From assembly GCF_008831285.2 (NCBI RefSeq), contig NC_045138.2, positions 21,142,001-21,206,000 of the forward strand: 64,000 nucleotides of DNA, read 5' to 3'. Made by a program: the position numbers and the translations under genes. Shown here in pieces: positions 54,278 to 64,000 of the stretch (positions within the stretch are counted from its first letter, which is position 1; the number at the start of each line of letters is the position of its first letter). Source of the stretch: Nymphaea colorata (Eukaryota). The notes beneath the pieces were generated by a model. That model had not been told where the DNA came from. It saw only the letters and a program-made list of their open reading frames with translations, and ran no database searches.

Positions 54278-55030
54278 ATTAGAAGAAAGTTGGACGCATT
54301 GTACAATTCTTTGTACCATGTTTGTTCAAAACTTGAAAAGGTGAACTACTTATCCAGGGATCTTCCTAGGAGCTTATTCTTTCCAATTGTCATGTTTTTG
54401 TGATGATGTAGAGTTTTTAGGGCCCCAAGCACCAATCCTTTCTCCCATTGAATGCAATCATTACCATAGCTAAGGCTTGTATTTGCCAGTATAGTTATGT
54501 ATTGGGTTTTGACCCTTTCTTTCATATCAAGTATGTTTTTTTTATGAGATTATATGTAGGAACTATGAAAGTAACATTGTCTTAATGATGTGATTATATC
54601 AATTTTGTTTTTTCAATTTTTTTAATTGTATTTTTTGGAATTAAAAATATATAATTATCGCCGTATCGCCGTACCAAGATTGGCGAAAACGCCATACCGG
54701 TACCCATGTGACATAGCTATGTACATGTAATATATACAGCGATATGTATATGGCTTTCCCATTCCCCATTCTGGAAGAAGAATGAAAGGGCGCGAAGCGA
54801 GCGCTTCTGTATATTTTGTAGACTTCTTTCGTACATTATTTTTTATAATTTATTTATTTTCTATTTTTCTAACTCTGTTTCCTGTCAAGACCTTGACCAG
54901 ATTGAGATAGAAGTGAGCAAGCTCCAACAGTACTAAATGGAACCACTGGAGGTAGCCAATGGTTAGCTCAGCTGTTACTTGTTGCAGCATATGTAAATGG
55001 GACTTCCCACACTTGCTTGGCTATGCTTAG

Positions 55031-58000
55031 TGTTAGAATATATTGTAATGGGGAACCGGGTCCATATCTGGACCCGGTCCTATGGGGCACGGATACCGAG
55101 GCGGGCTCGGTATCCTAGGCGGCACTCTTTCTCTCCCTCCTATATATTCTTCACTTACATGTAATTGTTGAGTTAAGTGAATGTTATTTTCTCTCTCCTA
55201 GGGTTGCGGTTTGCCCCTAGGTCAGAGCTTCCCCGTGGTTTTTCACCTCTTTCTGAGGTTTTCCACGTATACTGTGTGTGTTTTTCACTACTCTCTCCTT
55301 GTGGTTCGTGTTTCTACATGGTATCAGAGCCACCGCGTGTGAGATCGTTGGTGTGCAAGTAGTGCTTTTCCGCCGTTCACGGGCTGCCCCCGTTGCCGTT
55401 TCCAGCACCGCCGCCGACACTGTTCCCAGCGCCGCTGCCGTCGTTGTTTCTACTGCTGTCGCCGACCAAGAACGCCGTCCAGGAACGCTGCCGCCGTCCG
55501 GCACCGCCGTCATCATCGTTCCCAGGGCCGTTCTGCCCTGCCCTGCTGCCGTCGCCGGTGTGGATCTCTTCTTTGCTGCCGCCGTTCCCAGCGTCGTCCT
55601 GCCCTGCCCTGCTGCCGTCACAGGTCCCAGCGCCGCCGTCGACTGGTTTTTTCTCCGCTGCCCTCTTCTTCCGCGTCGCCGCCGGCTGTCTTGTTTACGC
55701 CGCCGGCCAGTTGTGACCTTATTTGGGGATTGCCATGGCTGACGCAGTGATTTCCAAGCTTGATGATGCCCTGGACATGGGCAGCAATACCAAGGGTGAG
55801 AACTTGCCTGTTCATGTCACCTCCATTCGGCTGAACAAGGATAACTATCTCTCGTGGTCTGCTGCCCTAGAAATCGGCATTACTAGTCGTGGTCGCCTGC
55901 ACTATATCACTGGGGAGAAGCCTCCACCTTCTAAAACTGATTCGCAATGGCCGACCTGGGCTTTGGAAGATAGTCAGGTTAAAGTATGGATTATTAGTTC
56001 GATTTCCGCAGATATTCAGCCTTTGATCTTGCGTAAATCGACTGCATATGATATGTGGACTGTTCTTGCACGTATGTATGGTTGTAAAAAACGTGTTTTA
56101 CGTGCATATCAAATCAAACGTAGCATATATGCTCTTAAACAGGGTGATTTATCTGTTGCCTCCTTCTATGCCGCCCTGAAGACCAAATGGGAGGAACTTG
56201 ACTATCATGTGAATAATGACTGGAAATGTGGTGTAGATCATGCCCTGTATTAGGAAAAGGAATGGATGGACCGCACCTTTATCTTCCTCGGAGGCCTGCG
56301 TGATGAGTTTGAAACCATTCGGAGCCAGATTCTTAACTGTGATGAGATTCCTGGAATCGAAGAGGTATATGCTCGTATTGAGTCTGAGGAGCAACGACGC
56401 CAGATTATGCATATTGACTCCCATCAGGGGAGCTCTCCAGCAGCCTTTGTGAGCCATACTTCAGGGACAGGGCAGCGTCCTACTCACCGATGCAGCCATT
56501 GCAACAAAGTGGGTCATTCTGTTGATTTTTGTTGGGACCTTCATCCTGAGAAGCGTCTCGTCCGAGGTCGTCCTCCTCCTCATCGCCGTGCTCCTTCTGT
56601 GCCCGAGCCTAGTCCAGGGTCGACCAATGTTGCAAAATCCAAGCTCTCCTCAGATCAACTTAGAGAGTTGCAAGCATACATTAGTCGTTTGTCTACCCAA
56701 GATGATGCTTCTACTTCTGAGGGGGCTAAGTTAGCCCAGGCCCTAGTTGCTACTAGTGATCAAGGTAATTCCTCCCTCGGTGATTGGATTGTTGACAGTG
56801 GGGCCACTCATCATATGACAGGGGACCCTACGATGTTTCAAGAGTACAGGTTGACCTCTGGGCAGCAGCGTGTGGCTATGGCTGATGGTTCCTCTATCTC
56901 TGTGGCTGGAAAAGGGAGTTTATCATTACTGAACAAATATTGTCTTCATAATGCCCTACATGTTCCCAACATTCCTGTCAATTTGTTATCTGTCAGCAGT
57001 ATTACCAAAGAGTTAAACTGTAATCTAATTTTCTCTGCTGATCGTTGTTTACTGCAGGACTTGGGGCCGGGGCAGAAGATTGGGATTGGTTCGGTTATTG
57101 ATGGTCTCTACAGACTGCCCGTACAAGTTGCTTCTGCTTTGATTTCAGCCACCAGTGGACAGTTGCCTGGCATGGAGGACAGATCCATCATTATGCGTTG
57201 GCACGAGAGACTTGGTCATCTTCCATTCCCGTTGCTTAAAAAGTTGTTTCCTAGGATGTTTCATTCTGTTTCTTTGGACACCTTCGCCTGTGAAGTGTGT
57301 CAGTTGTCTAAACATGTTAGGGCCTCGTACCCTATTTCATTCAATAAAGCCGACCGTCCTTTTGCTTTGGTTCATTCTGATGTTTGGGGTCCTTCGGGAG
57401 TACCCACTTGTCGTGGCTTTCACTATTTCATGACTCTTATTGATGACTACTCCCGGTGTACGTTCGTGTATCTGTTGAAAGAACGTAGTGAAGTTCCCGA
57501 CATTGTCAAAAACTTTGTGGCATTTGTTGAAACTCAATTCCAGACCCCTGTTCAGACCCTTCGTACTGACAATGCTCGAGAGTATGTCTCCCAATCCCTT
57601 GATGACTTCCTGCGAAGCAAGGGTATTATACATGAAACATCCTGTAGCTACGCACCTCCTCAAAATGGTGTGGCTGAAAGGAAGAACCGTCATTTGTTAA
57701 ATGTCACCCGGGCCATTATGTTTCAACGTCATGTCCCTAAGCGGTACTGGGGTGATGCACTTCTCACTAGTGCTCATCTCATTAACCGTATGCCTACTCG
57801 TGTGTTGAATGGTCATTCCCCTTATTCTGTTTTGTGGCCTACTCAGAATCCCTGGCCTTTGACCCCTCGAGTGTTTGGGTGTGTTTGCTTTGTCCATGAT
57901 CATAGTCCCACTCTCAAGAAACTTGATCCTCGGTCCATCAAAGCGGTCTTTTTGGGGTATTCCTCCACTCAGAAGGGATACAAGTGTGTTGACCCTAGCA

Positions 58001-60315
58001 CTTCCAGAGTATATGTCTCCAGGGATGTTACCTTTCATGAACATGTGGCATACTTCCCTGCGACTCCTCTTCAGGGGGAGTGTCTAGGTGACAAAAGGGA
58101 AGAGTATTCTTCGCATCAGTTGATTCAGTTCATGGATTTCTTGGATTATACAGTTAGTTCTCCAAGTGTGGAAGACGTTGTCAGGAAGGACAGAGACAGT
58201 CAGATGGAGGGGGGCCCTGTGGAAGAACAGTCTCGAGGTCACTTATTTGGTCAGGTTTACAGCAGGAAGAAGAAGGATGTGATGGAAGATGTCGATGTTG
58301 CCAATCCCAATCATCCCAATCTTGTGACCTCCCCGGATGATCCAAGTCCAATGAATGAAGAACTTCCCATAGCCCTGCGCAAGGGCACCAGGTCATGTAC
58401 TTCTCATCCTATTCAGAGATTTGTTTCATATGCTAAACTCAGCAAAGACTACAAGTGCTTTGTTACCTCTTTATCTATGGCTGTTATTCCCAGGTCAGTG
58501 GAAGATGCCAGGAAGGATCCTAAATGGCTACAGGCCATGACAGAGGAGATGGACGCCCTGGAAAAGAACAGTACGTGGGAGGTTGTTGACATCCCCAAGG
58601 GAACTCACTTAGTTGGTTCCAAGTGGGTGTTTAATGTGAAGTACAAACCTGATGGCACAGTAGAACGCTATAAAGCCCGCCTTGTTGCTAAAGGGTTTAG
58701 CCAGAAATATGGGATTGACTATCTTGAGACGTTTGCTCCCGTGGCGAAACTGAAGACCGTAAGGGTCATCCTAGCTCTTGCAGTGCAGAAGAAGTGGAGC
58801 ATGGACCAACTTGATGTCAAGAACGCCTTCTTGAATGGTCACCTTGAGGAAGAAGTCTATATGAGCATGCCGCCTGGATATGCTCGGAACGGGAAGTGTT
58901 GCTATCTCAAGAAAGCTTTGTATGGTCTCAAGCAGTCCCCTAGAGCGTGGTTTGAAAGACTAAGGGTTGTAATGAAGACTAATAGGTATAAACAGGGAAA
59001 TGGTGATCACACCCTCTTCATCAAGCAGAGAAATGGTCTGGTGAGCCTTCTACTTGTATATGTTGATGATATGATTGTCACAGGTGACGACGAGGGGGAA
59101 AAAAGGAAGATGAAAGAAACGTTAGCTGCAGAATTCGATCTCAAAGATCTGGGCAAACTAAGGTATTTCTTGGGAATTGAAATCGCGCGATCTGAGACTG
59201 GGCTTGTTATGAACCAAAGAAAATACACTTTGGATCTTCTAAAAGAGACAGGTAAACTGGGATGCAGGCCCTTTCTTACCCCAATGGAGTCTGGCACAAG
59301 GATAAGTATCAAATCTGGGACTATCTTGGATGAGGAAGGAAAAGGGAGGTATCAGCGGCTGGTTGGTAAACTTATTTATCTCACTCTTACTCGCCCAGAT
59401 ATTACGTATGTTGTGGGTGTGTTAAGTCAGTTTATGCATGCCCCTACTGATTGTCATTGGAAAAGTGCTGAAAGAGTATTGGGATACTTAAAGAATGACC
59501 CAGGGAAAGGATTGCTCTACACTCGGCAAGATCGACTAAGTATTGAAGGATACTCTGATGCCGACTGGGCAGGATGCACAGATACTAGGAGGTCTACCAC
59601 AGGATACTGCATCTTTCTTGGAGGTAACCTTGTGGTCTGGAGAAGTAAGCGACAAGAAGTTTGTTCCAGGTCCAGTGCTGAGGCTGAATACAGGGCGGTT
59701 GCTATGGGGGTTACAGAGATGCTATGGCTCAAAATTCTTTTAGCAGATATTGGGGTTAAAATGGAAGAGAAGATGAGGATGTATTGTGACAACAAGTCTG
59801 CTATTAACCTGGCAAATAATCCGGTCATGCACGACAGGACTAAACATGTGGAGATCGATCGCCACTTCATACGGGAACGCATAGATTCAAAGGAGTTGAT
59901 TCTGCCCTATATGAAGTCTGAAGATCAAGTTGCAGATGTCTTAACTAAGTCTTTATGTACATCTCAGTTTGAGAAAAATGTTAGCAAGCTTGGCATGTTT
60001 GACATGTATGCCAAGCTTGAGGGGGAGTGTTAGAATATATTGTAATGGGGAACCGGGTCCATATTTGGACCCGGTCCTATGGGGCACGGATACCGAGGCG
60101 GGCTCGGTATCCTAGGCGGCACTCTTTCTCTCCCTCCTATATATTCTTCACTTACATGTAATTGTTGAGTTAAGTGAATGTTATTTTCTCTCTCCTAGGG
60201 TTGCGGTTTGCCCCTAGGTCAGAGCTTCCCCGTGGTTTTTCACCTCTTTCTGAGGTTTTCCACGTATACTGTGTGTGTTTTTCTCTACTCTCTCCTTGTG
60301 GTTCGTGTTTCTACA
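55031..60315 (+). mobile_element. Ty1/copia LTR retrotransposon C, full length and young
   Basis: 288-bp LTRs at 55031-55318 and 60028-60315 with 2 differences seen. Perfect TSD CTTAG, PBS at 55319-55330, PPT at 60019-60027. Confidence 0.97.
55735..60033 (+). pseudogene. Element C gag-pol, single frame with one in-frame TAG in gag
   Basis: ORFs 55723-56253 and 56266-60033 share a frame and are separated by TAG at 56251-56253. Zinc knuckle CSHCNKVGHSVDFC, PR, INT, RT and RH are all present. The ORF runs through the PPT and stops inside the 3' LTR (LEGEC*). Confidence 0.93.
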
Positions 60316-61571
60316 CTTAGGTATTGGCTGTCTGTAAAGCTCTTATCTTTCATTATTGTGCTGCTGACCTTACTGGGAGGAATAGTCCCGTGACATCCAA
60401 TCAAACTTTTGGAAGGTACATCTTGGGTGTCAAATCCAACAAACCCAAACATAACAAATAAGAAGATTCAATGTGATTGCAATCTGCAGGACAGTACATC
60501 AGCAGCAGCAGCACTCTTCACGTCATTCTCTTCTTGTGTAAAACAGAAAGTTACAGCAATAGGGAACAAAACCCTAACTAATACTCTACTAAATACAGTA
60601 AAATACAAGACTACCCTTAGTTATTAAAAGACTGACCTCACTTACAAGAGGTAAAACTATAAACTAAGTTCAAACATATTACAATAAGGACCTAAATAGA
60701 CTTTGACTAACATGAGCAGAATTAGACCTATTAACTTTCACATTGGGATTAAAACTGGTTTCCTAATTCCATTTGGTTGCTTGCATAATTGCATAACCAT
60801 GGTGTCCTCCGACTTGAGATTTGTCTTACTAGATGCAAGGGTAAAACTGCTATTGTTGATTTTAAACTTGTACAAAATGATCAAGTTAATAACTCTGTAT
60901 ATCACAAATGACAAGGTAAGTAACACTTAGAAGTTCAAGTTAGGTAGGAACTGGATTCTCACTTAGGTGAAGGCTCTAATACTGAAATGAACCAAAAGCA
61001 GACCAAGACCAAAGATTGTTCTTTTTTTTTCTGAAAATAAAATGTAGTGGAATCATTTGAGCAAATTCATAGGCTAAATGCATCACATTCCAAAAAAAAA
61101 AGGTGCTTAATACAACTCAACAAGCTGGCCATGATGACAAACACATGGTTGTTTGTGCATGTTTTTTTGGCATGGCCAGTGTTCAACACCCCTTTCTTTT
61201 TTAAACCTGATGCATCTATACTGTTGAAGTATGTTAGATGGGTCTCGGGATCGGGTCCGGATCCGTATCCGATCCAACTTGTAGCCCTTGTTGGGCATTA
61301 TTTAAGTTGTGTAACCCTAATCCTTATGGTGTGAATGAAAGACAAAGGAGAGAGAGAGTCTGGTGGCTAGTGGGCACCGGCTCCTCCTCATTCGTGGTTT
61401 TTTTTCCTCTTGTTGAGGGTTTTTCCACGTTACATCGTGATCGTTGTTTCTCTTCCTCTTCTTGTTCGTGTTTCTACATGGTATCAGAGCCGACGAGTTT
61501 GGGAAATTTTTAGGGTTTGTGAAGTTCCAACCCTAATATCTCTCACCGCTACCATCGCCACCACTGCAGTC

Positions 61572-61790
61572 ACCGCCGCCGCTGCCGCTGCCACTACCGC
61601 CGCCGCTGCTGCCACTGCCACTGCCGCCGCCGCCGCTGCCGCCGCCGCCGCTGCCGCCGCCGCCGCTGCCGCCGCCGCCGCTGCCGCCGCCGCCGCCGTT
61701 GCTGCAGCAGCCACCGCCGCTGCCGCCGTTGCTGCAGCAGCCACCGCCGCCGGTGTACCCAATACCACTGTCGCTGTTTCCGCCGCCGCC
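61572..61790. repeat. GCC/GCT trinucleotide-derived repeat in the leader of element D
   Basis: Five perfect copies of CTGCCGCCGCCGCCG at 61621-61695, plus a 30-bp-period duplication at ~61692-61750. Confidence 0.92.
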
Positions 61791-62552
61791 GGTGTCACTC
61801 TTTGCGCCATCGCCATCGCAGCCACTCTTGCGGCGTCGCTCTTGCGCCGTCGCTCTTGTGTTGTTGACCGTCGCCATCACCGTTGTCCCTTGCGCCACTG
61901 CCTTTTGCGCCGTAGTCTTGCTTCCCGAAGAAGAAAGAAGATATGCGTGCTTAGGCGCTTCCTAAGCTTGCCTCCCCCTATTCATGTCACTTCCTAGGGG
62001 TCTTTTGCAAATCCGGTGAAGTGCATCCGCCTCTTACCTGCAATATATTGCTTGGCTGATCTTTGATTTCATCTTCTTGTTTTTGTTTGGCGCCCACCGT
62101 GCAAGAAGAGGTGGCTGGTCCGTGACTTGGTAGAGGACGTAAAGGAGGAGAGGAGCGTAACTTGAGGATTGCCTCAACGTCTGCCGGCGCTCCGGCGATC
62201 GCATCCCCCTTTCCTTACAAAAGACCGGGGTTAAATTGGTCTTACGGGTGAAGGCTTTCCTCGTCTCGAAGTTGATTTCCTATTCACTTCTATACCTTGA
62301 TACTTGTTGGGTTTTGCCTCTTGGATCTTGTTTCCAGCAAGGAGAACGTGTGGCGAAACCTCTACCCGTGGGAGATTGCAGCCCGAGAGAGAGAAGGCAC
62401 CGCTTCCGTCGAGCGACATCGACGATCGTTTCCCCCAATCGACATTCTGTTCACTCTTGGGGCTGATTGGGAATCCGGATATTACTGCCCGTTGGTGCTC
62501 TCTGTTGTCATCGGTGCCTCTCTTGTTGCCTCCTGTTGGACTATCTGTGATT

Positions 62553-64000
62553 ATGGCAGCTTCTTCATCTATAGACGTTATGGCGGATTGTCGTATGGGA
62601 GAGTGGATCATTGATAGTGGCGCTACTCACCACATGACCGGCGATCCTAAGGTCTTTCATGGGTATAAGCTTTCATCAGGAAAGGATCGTGTTTCCCTTG
62701 CCGATGGTTCATCTATCTCTGTGGCTGGAAAAGGGAGTCTCCCACTTTTGAACAAGTTCTTAGTCCACAATGCTCTACATGTTCCTCATATTCCCTTGAA
62801 TCTCTTGTCGGTTAGCAAGATCACGAAGGAGTTAAATTGCGAACTTATATTTTCCGTTGATCGCTGTGTTATGCAGGACTTGGTGACAGGGAAGAGGATT
62901 GGGATTGGCCTAGCTTCTGACGGGCTCTATCGTTTACCTATGCGTGCTGCTCAGGCTCTCATGACGGCAGTCAGCCAAGCCACGAAGAATAGAGAGGACT
63001 CCCTTCAGTTGCTTCTACGGTGGCATGAGCGCCTTGGACACTTGCCTTTTGGCCTTCTTAGACAGTTGTTTCCTGATATATGTTCCAGGTTAGATATGAC
63101 TATGGTGTCTTGTGATGTCTGTCACCTGGCCAAACATGTTAGGGCTTCGTACCCATTGTCTAGCCATCGGTCTAATGAGGTATTTGCCATGATTCATTCT
63201 GATGTGTGGGGGCCTGCAGGGATTCCTTCTTGTCATGGTTTTCAATATTTTATCACCTTTATAGATGATTATTCTCGTAACACTATTGTCTACTTGCTAA
63301 AAGACCGTAGTGAAGTTCCTACTGTCATAGAGACTTTCATTGCCTATGTGGAAACTCAATATGGAGCATCTGTTAAGACATTTCGATCTGACAATGCTCG
63401 AGAGTATATGTGCCAGTCTGTTGATAGCTTCTTTCGAAAAAAGGGAATTGTTCATGAGACTTCCTGTAGTTATACCCCTCCTCAAAATGGAGTTGCTGAA
63501 CGAAAAAATCGTCAGTTATTGAATATGACTCGGGCTCTTCTTTTTCAACGTCATGTTCCAAAAAAGTATTGGGGGGATGCTGTGTTGACCAGTGCGTATC
63601 TTATAAACCGGTTGCCTAGTCGCGTGTTGAATGGGAAGACGCCTCACTCTCTGTTACCGGGGACTCGTGAACCTTTCTCTCTTCCACTCAGAGTTTTTGG
63701 TTGTGTTTGCTTTATTCACAACCATAGTCCTCACATTAAAAAGCTTGATCCAAGATCTATTAAGGGCATTTTTTTAGGGTATTCTCCCACTCAAAAAGGG
63801 TACAAGTGTCGAGACCCTTCCACTGGTCGGGCCTATGTTACCAAAGATGTCACTTTCCTTGAACATGTTTCCTATTTTGGTGAGAATCCTCTTCAGGGGG
63901 AGTACTCTATGTCACGGGAAGAGTATTCTCCGAGTCAGGAAATTCAGTTTACAGATTTTTTGGACTACAGGCGTGACTCCGTTGGTCATCTAGTGAGGTG
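62553..64000 (+). CDS. Element D pol-only ORF (protease and integrase), absent from the ORF track because no stop occurs before the window end
   Basis: Frame is open from 62301 with ATGs at 62553, 62580 and 62595. Translation: MAASSSIDVMADCRMGEWIIDSGATHHMTGD...WHERLGH...CDVCHLAK...IHSDVWGP...FRSDNAREY...QNGVAERKNR. A probable 1-bp deletion near 63988 relative to A. Confidence 0.85.
   Translation, partial: MAASSSIDVMADCRMGEWIIDSGATHHMTGDPKVFHGYKLSSGKDRVSLADGSSISVAGKGSLPLLNKFLVHNALHVPHIPLNLLSVSKITKELNCELIFSVDRCVMQDLVTGKRIGIGLASDGLYRLPMRAAQALMTAVSQATKNREDSLQLLLRWHERLGHLPFGLLRQLFPDICSRLDMTMVSCDVCHLAKHVRASYPLSSHRSNEVFAMIHSDVWGPAGIPSCHGFQYFITFIDDYSRNTIVYLLKDRSEVPTVIETFIAYVETQYGASVKTFRSDNAREYMCQSVDSFFRKKGIVHETSCSYTPPQNGVAERKNRQLLNMTRALLFQRHVPKKYWGDAVLTSAYLINRLPSRVLNGKTPHSLLPGTREPFSLPLRVFGCVCFIHNHSPHIKKLDPRSIKGIFLGYSPTQKGYKCRDPSTGRAYVTKDVTFLEHVSYFGENPLQGEYSMSREEYSPSQEIQFTDFLDYRRDSVGHLVR

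Larger units (their letters stand above)
43212..54716. mobile_element. Non-autonomous hAT element (~1.7 kb after removing nested inserts) hosting copia A/B and a same-family MITE
   Basis: TIRs CTATGTCACCATGGTAC / GTACCCATGTGACATAG (14/17 match). Perfect 8-bp TSD CTATGTAC at 43204-43211 and 54717-54724. GTACCGGTAC-type subterminal repeats at both ends. Confidence 0.85.
61222..64000 (+). mobile_element. Ty1/copia LTR retrotransposon D (same family as A), runs off the window end; gag eroded
   Basis: 5' LTR 61222-61478 is similar to the reverse complement of the A LTRs. PBS at 61479-61490, then a GC-rich leader. PR/INT are closely similar to A. Confidence 0.93.

Noticed and set aside
54875..54935. 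Minus-strand ...LVKVLTG as the missing upstream exon of the CCA enzyme
   Set aside because: No GT/GC donor at the required position (ACAG|GAAAC) and no further similarity upstream.
55177..55815. Overlapping Ala/Pro-rich ORFs upstream of gag in element C
   Set aside because: Products of the GC-rich untranslated leader, not an extra gene.
56251..56259. Programmed stop-codon readthrough in element C
   Set aside because: The TAG lies mid-gag rather than at the gag/pol boundary and lacks the CARYYA readthrough context.
61410..61997. Poly-Ala, Gly/Ser and Pro-rich ORFs on both strands
   Set aside because: Artefacts of the stop-free GCC repeat in the leader of element D; only the terminal PIHVTS looks like a gag relic.
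17043..64000. Functional link among the tRNA gene, the CCA-adding enzyme and tRNA-primed retroelements
   Set aside because: All four PBSs match tRNA-iMet, not Arg, and nothing in the sequence suggests more than coincidental proximity.

Overview
AT-rich angiosperm nuclear DNA (species cannot be determined from the sequence). The first ~43 kb holds intron-containing genes that I reconstructed by hand from splice sites and reading frames: an AKT2/3-type Shaker K+ channel (-, 11 exons), a tRNA-Arg(UCU) gene, a catalytically dead RBL8/KOM-like rhomboid with a probable GC-AG intron, a small 3-exon uncharacterised gene, TFIIA-gamma, and the last three exons of a CCA-adding tRNA nucleotidyltransferase whose final exon is tandemly duplicated. 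Many hAT-type MITEs with 8-bp target site duplications (TSDs) are interspersed, some nested inside members of their own family. The last ~21 kb, probably one very large intron of the CCA-enzyme gene, is a stack of four Ty1/copia elements: A (-, inside a hAT element), B (+, inside A), C (+) and D (+, truncated by the window end). The most striking observation concerns A and D, which are one family. They keep a well-conserved pol that starts at a new ATG just before the protease, while gag is an eroded relic in D and deleted in A. They have also lost the protease-spanning splice donor seen in B and C, yet share the 3' end of the LTR with the gag-bearing element C. This suggests a long-lived Pol-only lineage that borrows Gag in trans. 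All alignments and counts were done by eye.
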